DNA of 64,000 nt. It comes from Escherichia phage HK6. Position numbers and translations under genes: made by a program. The notes beneath the pieces are model-generated. The model worked only from the letters and a program-made list of their open reading frames with translations. It searched no databases and was not told the DNA's origin. Of the stretch, positions 26,726-35,532 are shown piece after piece. Where the stretch lies: the sequence record PP724615.1. One strand, written 5' to 3'. Each line of letters opens with the position of its first letter. Position 1 is the first letter of the stretch.

Positions 26726-27718
26726 ATGACAGAAGAAGTAGCTAAGAGTCCTGAGACCGTCGCTAGCGTTGCAGCAGAACTGCACCGTCACGAGGAATCA
26801 GATAAGAAAAAGTGGGAGAAGGTCAGAGCCTACGAAGAAAAACATCGTGAACACGATGAAGATGATAAAGAAGATGACGATGATGAGCATTGTCATAAAT
26901 ATGGAAAACATAAAATGCAAGAACCAGTAAACGTATTTACTAGTGGCTTCCCTGGCCTACTGGGTGGTTACCCAGCAAACGCAGGTGCTTTCGGTGGTGA
27001 AGGTATGGGACTATTCGGAGCTATCCTAATCGGTGCTCTATTAACAGGCGGATTCGGTGGATTCGGTGGATTCGGTGGACGTGGTATAGTTGGTGATGGT
27101 ACCGCAGTTGATGCAGTACTTCAGAACCAAGATACCGCTAGTATTCTAGCAGCTATTAACACTACTCGTACAGAAGCTAATCAGGGTACTGGAGCTGTTT
27201 TAAGCGCAGTTAACAATGGTTTTAGCCAGACATCCCAAAACCAGAGCCGTGATACTCAGTCTGTACTAACTACGATCTATGGTACGGGTGCTAATCTGTC
27301 TAATCAAATCTGCCAGGAAACTCGCAACGTTATTCAGGGTCAGTTCGATCTTTCTCGCCAGATTGATCAATCTTTCGCAGCTAACCAGATAGCTCGTGCA
27401 CAAGATAAGTTTGATTCTGCACAGATCGCTTTCCAGCAGACTTTACAAACTAATAACCAGTTTGCCGCTGTTCAGGCTCAGATGTGTGCTAACCAGAACT
27501 CTCTGGAACGTCAGATTGCTGAATGTTGCTGTGAACTTCAGACTGCGATCGCTGGTGTAACTACTGCGCGTATCCAGGATGAGTTAGATGCGTGTCGCCT
27601 ACGTGAAGCAATCGCTGCGGGTAGCGGTGCTAACGGTCAGGTAATTAATCAAATCGCTTTAAGTCTTGGTACTATCACTCAGACTCTGGCTGGTCTGCAG
27701 GCTAAACTGCCGGCTTAA
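26726..27718 (+). CDS. Low-complexity membrane protein, acidic N-terminus, GGFGGFGGFGG segment, Q/T/N-rich C-terminus (330 aa)
   Basis: Start at the ATG 8 nt after AGGAGG (track ORF begins 26666); hydrophobic glycine-zipper GMGLFGAILIGALLTGGFGGFGGFGGRG; no family recognised. Confidence 0.65.
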   Translation: MTEEVAKSPETVASVAAELHRHEESDKKKWEKVRAYEEKHREHDEDDKEDDDDEHCHKYGKHKMQEPVNVFTSGFPGLLGGYPANAGAFGGEGMGLFGAILIGALLTGGFGGFGGFGGRGIVGDGTAVDAVLQNQDTASILAAINTTRTEANQGTGAVLSAVNNGFSQTSQNQSRDTQSVLTTIYGTGANLSNQICQETRNVIQGQFDLSRQIDQSFAANQIARAQDKFDSAQIAFQQTLQTNNQFAAVQAQMCANQNSLERQIAECCCELQTAIAGVTTARIQDELDACRLREAIAAGSGANGQVINQIALSLGTITQTLAGLQAKLPA

Positions 27719-27739
27719 TATTAAGGGGAGGAGCCCATT

Positions 27740-28156
27740 ATGAGTAAATATGGTTTTGTAAATAACGGACTTAATCAAAGTATGGGCTCCCAGCAGCCCA
27801 TTCCGGGTCTGGATAACCCCTACTTACAACAGTTGCAACAGCGTTTAGCAGAAGCGCAACAGATGCAGCAACAACTCCAGCAAAACCCTGGAAGTGTAAG
27901 TCCTATGCAAATGATGCAGCAAATGAGCGGGCAGTCGCAAATGCCTCAACAAATGCAGCAACAGATTCCGCAGCAGCAAGTTCAGCAACAAACCCAACAA
28001 CCGCAGGTTTCTGCGGAAGGACAGGCAGTACTAGCCCTTTTCGAAGACTTCGCAAAGACAGAGGATGGAAAACAGCTTGTATCACTTATGGGTAAGTTTA
28101 ATAGCTTCTGCCAAAGCCAAGTTGCAAAAGCTCAAAATGGTGGTAATAACTCCTAA
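27740..28156 (+). CDS. Gln-rich low-complexity protein (138 aa)
   Basis: RBS GGGGAGGAG; about 40 percent Q in the central region. Confidence 0.6.
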   Translation: MSKYGFVNNGLNQSMGSQQPIPGLDNPYLQQLQQRLAEAQQMQQQLQQNPGSVSPMQMMQQMSGQSQMPQQMQQQIPQQQVQQQTQQPQVSAEGQAVLALFEDFAKTEDGKQLVSLMGKFNSFCQSQVAKAQNGGNNS

Positions 28157-28165
28157 GGAGGAATT

Positions 28166-28360
28166 ATGTGTTGCAGAAAATCTGTTTCGTGCTGCCCAAT
28201 GCCTGTAGCACGTTGTTGCTCTCCAGCAATGTTTACGCAAATACCGGCGTTCAATCCGTTTGCCTTTAAGCCTACTCTTATCCTGCCCCCTAGAGTAGAT
28301 TTTCAGTCAAGATTGGCCTCCCGTATGGGTGGTTGCTGTAACAAGAGTATATGGTTCTAA
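28166..28360 (+). CDS. Small Cys-doublet protein (64 aa, four CC pairs)
   Basis: RBS AAGGAGG; MCCRKSVSCCPMPVARCC...GGCCNKSIWF. Confidence 0.55.
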   Translation: MCCRKSVSCCPMPVARCCSPAMFTQIPAFNPFAFKPTLILPPRVDFQSRLASRMGGCCNKSIWF

Positions 28361-28375
28361 GGAACCAAACAATAA

Positions 28376-28406
28376 AGCCCCTAAGTCTTTCGACTAGGGG
28401 CTTTTC
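28376..28406 (+). terminator. Rho-independent terminator ending the plus-strand operon
   Basis: GCCCCTAG..CTAGGGGC stem followed by TTTTCTTTT. Confidence 0.75.
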
Positions 28407-28426
28407 TTTTATCTTAAATACAGAAA

Positions 28427-28455
28427 AGCCCGCGCTTTCGGAGAAAACGCGGGCT
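28427..28455 (-). terminator. Rho-independent terminator downstream of SPFH gene
   Basis: AGCCCGCG..CGCGGGCT stem followed on the minus strand by TTTTCTGTATTT. Confidence 0.7.
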
Positions 28456-28479
28456 TGGTTCGAAGATTACGTGTAACTA

Positions 28480-29427
28480 TTACTTGTTACGCATATCCAT
28501 AATCATTTGACCATCATAGCCAGTGCCAACTACAGTCTGAGGTACACCACCTTGATACTTCTGAGCACGAATCATTTCAACTTCCAGTTGCTTCCAGCGA
28601 ATCATCTCAGGAGTAATGGTACGTTGCAATGCGGCGTTAGCTTCAGCTTCTTTCTTAGCTGCGTACAGTTTAGCATCTGCGTCACGTTCATTAGCAATAG
28701 CTTGGTTGTTGCGAGCCTCACGATCTGCTTCTGCTTGTTTAACTTTTTGCTGTGCTTCCTGTTCAACGCGAGCGAGTTCAGCTTTCGCAGCATTAACTTG
28801 TTCTTCACGAACTTTGGTATTCTGTACCTGTTCCATGATTACCGGTGGCAAAGTAATATCCTGAAGAAACACCTGCTTAACTGTGTAACCATATGGGCGT
28901 GCATACTCTTCAACTTCCTGTTGAATTGCAGTTTGCAATTGAGCCTGAATTTTAGCATCAAATAAATCTTGTGCTTTAGGTACAGACTTACCAAACTCAC
29001 GAATAGTAGACAGTAATTTTTCAGTTACATATTTGTCTAACGCTTGATCCTGAGTACCTGCGTTAATACGGTTAATCGGTGCCTTAGAACCATCAAACTG
29101 CAACATAACAGTCAAGTCAACAGTGGATTTAAACTTGTCCTGGCTAGGAACCTGAAGTTTATCTAATTTTACAGCAATATCTTTTGTACTAAAAGTATCA
29201 AAAGATGCAAACGGGTTTACAAGATGGAAACCAGGCAATACTGGATTAGGGTCTACTTTACCCAGGAATGTTTGGGTTTTAACCGTACCATCAGAAACAA
29301 TAGTATATGAATTAAAAGCTAGGATTAAACCTGCTAAACCAACTACAGCACCAATACCCCAACGTTTAATAGTACGAATTACTTTCTGCTCAGAAGTCAG
29401 TTCTTTCATATTTTTAGTATTAAACAT
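28480..29427 (-). CDS. SPFH/band-7 (stomatin/prohibitin-like) membrane protein (315 aa)
   Basis: N-terminal TM, SPFH-like core, long Ala/Gln/Glu-rich coiled coil. Confidence 0.7.
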   Translation of the reverse strand: MFNTKNMKELTSEQKVIRTIKRWGIGAVVGLAGLILAFNSYTIVSDGTVKTQTFLGKVDPNPVLPGFHLVNPFASFDTFSTKDIAVKLDKLQVPSQDKFKSTVDLTVMLQFDGSKAPINRINAGTQDQALDKYVTEKLLSTIREFGKSVPKAQDLFDAKIQAQLQTAIQQEVEEYARPYGYTVKQVFLQDITLPPVIMEQVQNTKVREEQVNAAKAELARVEQEAQQKVKQAEADREARNNQAIANERDADAKLYAAKKEAEANAALQRTITPEMIRWKQLEVEMIRAQKYQGGVPQTVVGTGYDGQMIMDMRNK

Positions 29428-29461
29428 ATATTTCCTTTGTTTTAGTTACAGTTAATAAAAT

Positions 29462-29536
29462 TGGCCGAGGTGACAGGATTCGAACCTGCATAAAGGAATT
29501 TAGAAGACTCCTGCCTCTCCCTTAGACTACACCCCG
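29462..29536 (-). tRNA. tRNA-Arg (TCT)
   Basis: Acceptor CGGGGTG/CACCTCG; anticodon arm GGAGT-CTTCTAA-ATTCC; T-arm GCAGG-TTCGAAT-CCTGT. Confidence 0.65.
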
Positions 29537-30040
29537 TTTAAGTATTTTTAAGAACTCTCGTAAAAACTCTTAAAAATACAGACGATACCGGGAGAGTCAT
29601 AAGTCTCACTCATTAAGTATTTCAAGACAAAATACGGTAACGTCTATTATTTTCCAGTTTAAGTCAGGGTGACTTAGTGGTTATGTCCTGCGGTATATTG
29701 AGGACTCGGTTAGGCTTGGGGTCATGACTTCCCGCCTTTTGCTGCTACTCAACAGGAATTATCGCGAATTACCTGTGCTATTGTGCACCATTAGTGACAT
29801 CTCTCATGTCAGCATTTCCCACTTTGTGGATAGCTTGAAAAACTACTCCGATATGGAGAAAGAACTTCACTATCCTAGAATACCTTCTAAAGTTCTTCTT
29901 TAGCCTGGACATAGTTAAATCGTAATAAAACTATTCAGCAGACTGGTTGGTTAGTCTGGAACCAACTACCGCGTGGTTTAGGCAGTGCGCAACTAACCTC
30001 GGAAGCTTTTACGTTAAAAGCACCAGTTATCCAGTTCTTA

Positions 30041-30112
30041 CCGACCGTAGGATTCGAACCTACATCTTCCACCAGTTACGGCTTGATAATACCAATTATA
30101 ATAGGACGGCAG
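30041..30112 (-). ncRNA. tRNA-like element without a clean anticodon stem
   Basis: Canonical T-arm GTAGG-TTCGAAT-CCTAC and partial acceptor pairing; no 5+7+5 anticodon arm found. Confidence 0.3.
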
Positions 30113-30370
30113 TGTTACTACATAAGTGATTTCCATACCCCACTATTTATAAATTAGAGAAGAGTTTAGGGGAGAGGTTTCAGACGCCTCATTTTACACG
30201 TTCTAGCCACTAACCGGGATTGCCGCCCCCTGTGTACTAGTTTTACAACTAACCCACCGACTCTATTCAATGCGCTCCGGTTGGGATTCTGCATTCAGCG
30301 TAATCGGCTCGCTGTTCCCTAATTTATGAATATATTATACATAATTTATAAGCATTTAGCAAATGAATTT

Positions 30371-30805
30371 TTAGAAAAATTCACTAGCAATCAAAGCAGT
30401 TGTTTTACCGTCATAACGTCCAGGAAACTCTGCCTTAATAGTTTTCATTAATAGAGCTTTGGTAATACCTGGGTTTAATTTAACCAGTTCTGCAAAATAC
30501 TCACGAATTTCAGTTTCAGTCAGTTGACTTGGCTGATACTCTTGCAGCATGGAATAAAGCAGTTGCTCATAGTCTACATCAGTAGGAACTTTCGTACCAA
30601 CTTTAATAGCGCGCTGTTTTGCATTTTCTAGAGCCTTAATCTGAGCTTTCAGATAGGCTACGAACTCGGTTCGAGTAACAATGTCTTTATCAATACGTTG
30701 CAGATCACCAATCATGGTCTGAAGATTAAGTGCCCGCTCTTTATCACCGTGAGTACGTGCTAGACTAAGCAGTCCACGAAGGGTCATTAGGATATTTTCA
30801 CCCAT
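30371..30805 (-). CDS. Hypothetical protein (144 aa)
   Basis: ORF track. Confidence 0.55.
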   Translation of the reverse strand: MGENILMTLRGLLSLARTHGDKERALNLQTMIGDLQRIDKDIVTRTEFVAYLKAQIKALENAKQRAIKVGTKVPTDVDYEQLLYSMLQEYQPSQLTETEIREYFAELVKLNPGITKALLMKTIKAEFPGRYDGKTTALIASEFF

Positions 30806-30808
30806 TAT

Positions 30809-30976
30809 TTCATCCCCAATGCTTGGTTAAAAGATTGTTCTGTCATAACTGCTGAGACTTTGGCGAAATCAAACTTTTTAGGGTTCGTAGTGATTTCAGC
30901 AACGTTAGAAGTTTTAACAGTTTTCGTAGTACGAAAACCGCGAGTGTTAACACCAATAATTACAACTGATTTCATA
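30809..30976 (-). CDS. Small hypothetical protein (55 aa, below track threshold)
   Basis: ATG behind a GAGAGGAAG RBS and a promoter module; read by eye. Confidence 0.35.
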
Positions 30977-31043
30977 TTTCGCTTCCTCTCATTAATTTAT
31001 GAAAGTATTATACAGAAATTTAAGTAATTAAGCAAGTAAATTT

Positions 31044-31511
31044 TTAAGTTTTAGTGACAACAGGTTTATAGAATGTATGTCCCTTAATCTTAGTTGTTTT
31101 CTTAAATTTCTTTGTCCAGTAAGGTTTATCTTTACCACTATGGAAGTATAGTGCTCCATGTGTAGGATCTTGTGGTAAATCAACGTAGTATATCACTCTA
31201 GCTAAATTCTTAGCGGTTTGCCAAGCCTCATCAGTTTTATCAACTTTTGGTCTCTTAGATACCCAAGAGAACTGGTTAGACTGATATACTACTTTACAGT
31301 AGGAATCTGGGAATTTACCGGAGTTTACACGGTTTTTAGTAACATGTGCAATCGCCGTCATTCCCTTTATGCCCTCACCACGACTTTCGAAATAGATATT
31401 TTTAGCAATGCAATCTATTTCTTTTGCATCGTGCGATGCCTGACTACTAAAGCTGAAGGTAAGGGCAGCTACTAAAAGCAAAGCTGCCTTCATTCTTCTT
31501 ACTCCTGCCAA
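31044..31511 (-). CDS. Secreted SleB-like cell wall hydrolase (155 aa)
   Basis: Signal peptide; IAKNIYFESRGEG...TAIAHVTKNRV resembles the SleB/hydrolase_2 family. Confidence 0.7.
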   Translation of the reverse strand: MAGVRRMKAALLLVAALTFSFSSQASHDAKEIDCIAKNIYFESRGEGIKGMTAIAHVTKNRVNSGKFPDSYCKVVYQSNQFSWVSKRPKVDKTDEAWQTAKNLARVIYYVDLPQDPTHGALYFHSGKDKPYWTKKFKKTTKIKGHTFYKPVVTKT

Positions 31512-31816
31512 TCATATTCAACACGATTGGGATTTTCTTTATACCCTAAGTCAAGCAAATCATTACGCATATTTTGCTTAGCTACTGGGTTCGAGGTTAC
31601 TAGTACCACTTTCTTTGGTCTCTGCCCAAATTCTAAGAGTAAACGAAGAATTTGATAACCTTCCATACCATCTACAGCCAAGTCATTATCCATATAAACG
31701 AAATGGCCTGTGGTATCAGTTTTATTCAGAAACTCTACAGCGGCTTCTGGGGTTCGAATGATAATGTCCATTCCGTGAAGATTACGCACATCATCAATCA
31801 AAATATGAAAAGTCAT
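31499..31816 (-). CDS. CheY-like receiver-domain candidate (105 aa)
   Basis: ILIDDV, VYMDNDL and LVTSNP spaced like receiver-domain acidic pocket, phospho-Asp and conserved Thr/Ser; weak. Confidence 0.4.
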   Translation of the reverse strand: MTFHILIDDVRNLHGMDIIIRTPEAAVEFLNKTDTTGHFVYMDNDLAVDGMEGYQILRLLLEFGQRPKKVVLVTSNPVAKQNMRNDLLDLGYKENPNRVEYDWQE

Positions 31817-32258
31817 AATAGCCTCGTTTCATCAATTTAAAAATATATTATACAGATAACTTAGTAAATTAGCAAATACATTTTTAAATTGTGAAACTAG
31901 TAAACCGATAAACAGCCTAGAGGCGCCACAGGCCATATCTTATGAGCCATGTACCTTTGATCTAGGGTTTGAATCATCAACGAATACTTTGCATCTTTTA
32001 GCTTTAAAAGTTTAGAAGTTTGAGTTCTTTAAACTTTTTAGCTTTCATACTTAAATGTTGATCTTTGAAGTTGTGTCGGTAATATCAACGACGCTTTGTT
32101 TTTACGTGTCAGATTAAATGTCTGATGTAATAAACATAATCTCCAATAGATTATACTTTATAGTATGGTCAGCGGTCTTATTTAACCTCGTATTTCAACC
32201 GCTGCTGCGAGGTAAGATGCTTGGGCTTTCGTCTACCGATTTACTAGCTTTTAAATTA

Positions 32259-32897
32259 TTACTCTACTTCAATGAAGGTAGAGGCGTTAGACTCGGACAG
32301 AACAAAGTCAACATTTGTTGCAAAGTCCTGGTATTCCTCGTCATGCTGCTTAATCAGCTTTTCCAGTTCCAGCGGGTCAATCAAGAATGGAGTATTCTTG
32401 AGTTCCAGCAGGTTGAGCTGCATTTTAACTTCATCTTCGGAAGTTTTCTTATCGCGGGTAGCCATGCTATCCTGCAAACGCTCATATTTAGCATCAAACT
32501 GTGCTTTCTGCGTATTAAACTTAACCGTAGCGGCATGGAACTGCTTACGCATGTTAGCCAGCAGTTGAGCTTTAAGTTCCATAGAACGCTTAGCTTCAAT
32601 TGCTTCCGCAACAGTCATCTTACGAGAGCCAATCTCAACGACTGTTTCCGCATTGCTTTTAATCAGAGCAGCTTTGATACGATCACGCTGGGACATCATA
32701 TCCAGGAGAGATTGGAAATCTGCCTTAATACGAGCAGACAGATCGTCTACTTCGATTGCAGCGCCAACTACAACCTTATTTTTATCCTTACCTTCACCAA
32801 CAGCGATCAGAAGCTGTTGTTCAGTAGCTTTACGAATTTTAGCTTCCAGAGATTTGATAGTTGCCAGAGCGCGAGTTTTAGAGATACGAGTAGTCAT
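32259..32897 (-). CDS. Hypothetical helical protein (212 aa)
   Basis: Chosen over the antisense 270-aa ORF by codon style and strand context. Confidence 0.55.
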   Translation of the reverse strand: MTTRISKTRALATIKSLEAKIRKATEQQLLIAVGEGKDKNKVVVGAAIEVDDLSARIKADFQSLLDMMSQRDRIKAALIKSNAETVVEIGSRKMTVAEAIEAKRSMELKAQLLANMRKQFHAATVKFNTQKAQFDAKYERLQDSMATRDKKTSEDEVKMQLNLLELKNTPFLIDPLELEKLIKQHDEEYQDFATNVDFVLSESNASTFIEVE

Positions 32898-32950
32898 TAT
32901 TTGCTTCCTTATATGAAGTTTGAGATTTGAATTTGTTTAAATTTGGTCTA

Positions 32951-33133
32951 TTACAGACCAATTGCCAGCAGAGTGCGCAGAACAGTATCATTACTGTTAT
33001 CAATTTTAGGATTAGCACGATTTAGCAGATCAAAGATTTTCTGGATACCTGATTGACGTTCAGCCATACGACGGATACCCAGATTACGAGTAGCTTTCTT
33101 ACCATTTTTACGAACATTTTTAGATACTGGCAT
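32951..33133 (-). CDS. Small basic protein (60 aa)
   Basis: ORF track; promoter module upstream. Confidence 0.4.
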   Translation of the reverse strand: MPVSKNVRKNGKKATRNLGIRRMAERQSGIQKIFDLLNRANPKIDNSNDTVLRTLLAIGL

Positions 33134-33203
33134 ATTTGTTTTCCTTTTATTGTTTTCTCAAATTTATGAATATATTATACAGAATTTTGGAGCCGGAAGC
33201 AAA

Positions 33204-33905
33204 TCAAATTTTCATTTTTTCGATCATAGCTGCAACACAATAGCTCTCAACTAAGGCATCGAATGCTGGATCATGTTTAACCGGATAGATCCCATAACGA
33301 ATAGTGTCCATTTTCTCCATTTTAGCGGTTGCCCAGCTAATACCTTCAGCCTCTAGCTCTTTGTAACTATATCCAGCTTGCATCCAGAGATTACGAAGAG
33401 ATCGAACATTGCCCAAATTCCAGAATTTCCACGGAACTACCTCTTCATTGGTTCCAGCATGGAAAGTGTTTGCAGAGTAGATAGTCATATCAAACTCTGG
33501 GCCATTGCCATAATACAAAGCATTATCGCCTAGAGCCAACTCCATAATATTTTGAGCCATAGAGTAGGCAGCATAGTTAGAGCCGAGTTTATTAGTACAA
33601 TGATGTTTACCGTTTTGGAATGCAATCAGCTTTGGATTACGCTCGTTCATAGCTTGCATAATGTGGATAGCAGACGGACTGTCTTTAGCTTGATCCATCC
33701 AGAATGCTAGAGTAGATGCTGTAACTTTGGCACCAGAATTAAGCTGATCCTGCACATCCAAAGTAACAAATACTAGATCAGGGTCTTTATCAATTCCATG
33801 CATAGCCACAAAAGCGAATGAAGGCATTGCGATATGAGTAGTACCACAATCTCCCGGAGTTCCCAGAGATTCAATATCTAGCATACCAAATGGTTTTACT
33901 TTCAT
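33204..33905 (-). CDS. DEDD-type 3'-5' exonuclease (233 aa)
   Basis: Exo I-like MLDIESLG near the N-terminus and H..D..AFDA near the C-terminus. Confidence 0.6.
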   Translation of the reverse strand: MKVKPFGMLDIESLGTPGDCGTTHIAMPSFAFVAMHGIDKDPDLVFVTLDVQDQLNSGAKVTASTLAFWMDQAKDSPSAIHIMQAMNERNPKLIAFQNGKHHCTNKLGSNYAAYSMAQNIMELALGDNALYYGNGPEFDMTIYSANTFHAGTNEEVVPWKFWNLGNVRSLRNLWMQAGYSYKELEAEGISWATAKMEKMDTIRYGIYPVKHDPAFDALVESYCVAAMIEKMKI

Positions 33906-33933
33906 AACTTATCCTTTATTGTGTAGAAAACTA

Positions 33934-34170
33934 TTAAAGAGCTGTCTCTTTAATAGACTCCCACTTCTTGGGGTCTTTAAAACCAGGAAGCATATCCTCA
34001 CTGACATCCCAGTTCTCTTCCATAGAGAAGTCGGGCCATTCATTCCAGCTACCTTCCAGCTCTTCATAACAGGTGTCCATTACCTCATGACTAGAAAGTC
34101 GTGTATAATCTCTAGCGGACTTATGAGTGCTAGCACGGTTAAAATCATTCTTTACTACAAAATTACGCAT
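33934..34170 (-). CDS. Hypothetical acidic protein (78 aa)
   Basis: ORF track. Confidence 0.45.
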   Translation of the reverse strand: MRNFVVKNDFNRASTHKSARDYTRLSSHEVMDTCYEELEGSWNEWPDFSMEENWDVSEDMLPGFKDPKKWESIKETAL

Positions 34171-34211
34171 AGTTTCTCCAAATAAGAGGGGCTTTCGCCC
34201 CCTGATTTAAA

Positions 34212-34427
34212 TTACTTGCCCAGCAGTTTAAGGATATTTTCCATAATAGTTTGGGCAGATTTTTCACTCTTGTTGGTTTCAGCCAACTTTAAAGCTAGTT
34301 CTTCCTGCTGTTTCTGAATATCCGCAGCAATTTTTTGATCAGCCTCAATACGAGCTTGAAGCTCATCAGTGATAGTGGTAAAGGAAGCAACGATTTCAGT
34401 AACGGAACGTGGTTTCTTAGAGAACAT
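34212..34427 (-). CDS. Hypothetical coiled-coil protein (71 aa)
   Basis: ORF track. Confidence 0.45.
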   Translation of the reverse strand: MFSKKPRSVTEIVASFTTITDELQARIEADQKIAADIQKQQEELALKLAETNKSEKSAQTIMENILKLLGK

Positions 34428-34491
34428 AAAAAATATCCTTGATTAGTTAGAGAATTAGTAGATTGTAGGGGCTTCTGCCCCTATTTATCTA

Positions 34492-35007
34492 TTACTTCGC
34501 TTTACGCTTGCGAGCTGGTTTAGCAGATTTACGGGCAGAATCACCCGTGAACTTAATGCCTACACCGTAACACAGAGCGCGAACGTTATCTTTACTATAC
34601 TCTACGCCAAAGATATTTGGCTTAACAGAACCAAACTGTCCACGAGCATCACGTAGTACGTCTGCCGTTGGTTTACGCTTCTGGTTAACTGCTTTCTCAT
34701 AGTCTTTCATAGCCATGCCATTACGAGAGAACAATTCAGCCCCAGCGTTGAAGCTCAGGGAAACTGGGACAGATTTGTGGCCGTAATTTTCTACATACAT
34801 AACCATTTTGTAGGATTTACGGGTGGCATTTTTAGCTTTAGGCTTCTGACGAATCGGAGCCGGATTATTCAGTGCTTGTGCAGCCTGAGCATCGGTAGGA
34901 TGCTTACGCAGGTGGCGTTCCAGACGAGCTTTGCGATTAGCCTCGGTCTGCGGGAAAGTTTTAACTGCCGGAGCTGCTTGAGTTTTTGCGTTTTTCTGCT
35001 TAGCCAT
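34492..35007 (-). CDS. Basic protein with Lys/Arg-rich termini (171 aa)
   Basis: Basic N- and C-termini, optimal-looking codons. Confidence 0.55.
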   Translation of the reverse strand: MAKQKNAKTQAAPAVKTFPQTEANRKARLERHLRKHPTDAQAAQALNNPAPIRQKPKAKNATRKSYKMVMYVENYGHKSVPVSLSFNAGAELFSRNGMAMKDYEKAVNQKRKPTADVLRDARGQFGSVKPNIFGVEYSKDNVRALCYGVGIKFTGDSARKSAKPARKRKAK

Positions 35008-35082
35008 TATTTGTTTTCCTTTTTGTTTATCAATTTATGAAGTATATTATACGAGAATTTGAAGCGTTTAGCAAATGAATTT

Positions 35083-35532
35083 TTAATTTATTAACTGTAA
35101 GCTTCTTTTAATTTCAGACCTTACCTGCATCAAAAGAACTCCTAAAGTATTATCCCCGATGCCTCGGCAAACACCCCAATATGTATCTCCCCAGGTATTT
35201 CCTTCGATCAAAGTTGCATTTTTTGTTGCTAACAGTTTGTCCCTCAAATCAGGGATTGCAAACTTTAACCGTAAAAGCTCTAGCATTACATCATCTTTTA
35301 CCTTATCCCAGTCAGAGCGCAGAGTTAATTTACGTCCTCTACGTTTGGCAACACCTGCATTTAGGGAGCGCAGTACATGAGCTACATCATCTTTTTGGTC
35401 GGATTTCATAGCCTGAAAAGCATGTTCTACAGTATCAGCATGCCATATTTCATTCAGATATTCAAAAGTAATTGGTGATAAATAAAAGTTTGATAAGAAA
35501 CTATAAGCACCTTTAAATTCAGTAATCTTCAT
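35083..35532 (-). CDS. NADAR / YbiA-like (DUF1768) protein (149 aa)
   Basis: Motifs FLSNFY, HAFQAMK, GNTWGDTYWGV typical of the YbiA/NADAR family. Confidence 0.7.
   Translation of the reverse strand: MKITEFKGAYSFLSNFYLSPITFEYLNEIWHADTVEHAFQAMKSDQKDDVAHVLRSLNAGVAKRRGRKLTLRSDWDKVKDDVMLELLRLKFAIPDLRDKLLATKNATLIEGNTWGDTYWGVCRGIGDNTLGVLLMQVRSEIKRSLQLIN

Noticed and set aside
28507-28965. Antisense ORFs inside the SPFH, nrdA, Gln-rich, nrdD, helicase and polymerase genes (for example 28507-28965, 40838-41128, 27903-28085, 44048-44260, 50197-50436, 60336-60614, 61443-61865)
   Set aside because: Fully embedded antisense to well-supported genes with no expression signals.
32118-32930. Plus-strand 270-aa ORF antisense to the 212-aa minus-strand gene
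   Set aside because: The region is otherwise entirely minus-strand, the minus ORF has better codon usage and a downstream promoter module; the plus ORF is Leu/Ser/Phe-rich as expected for an antisense frame.
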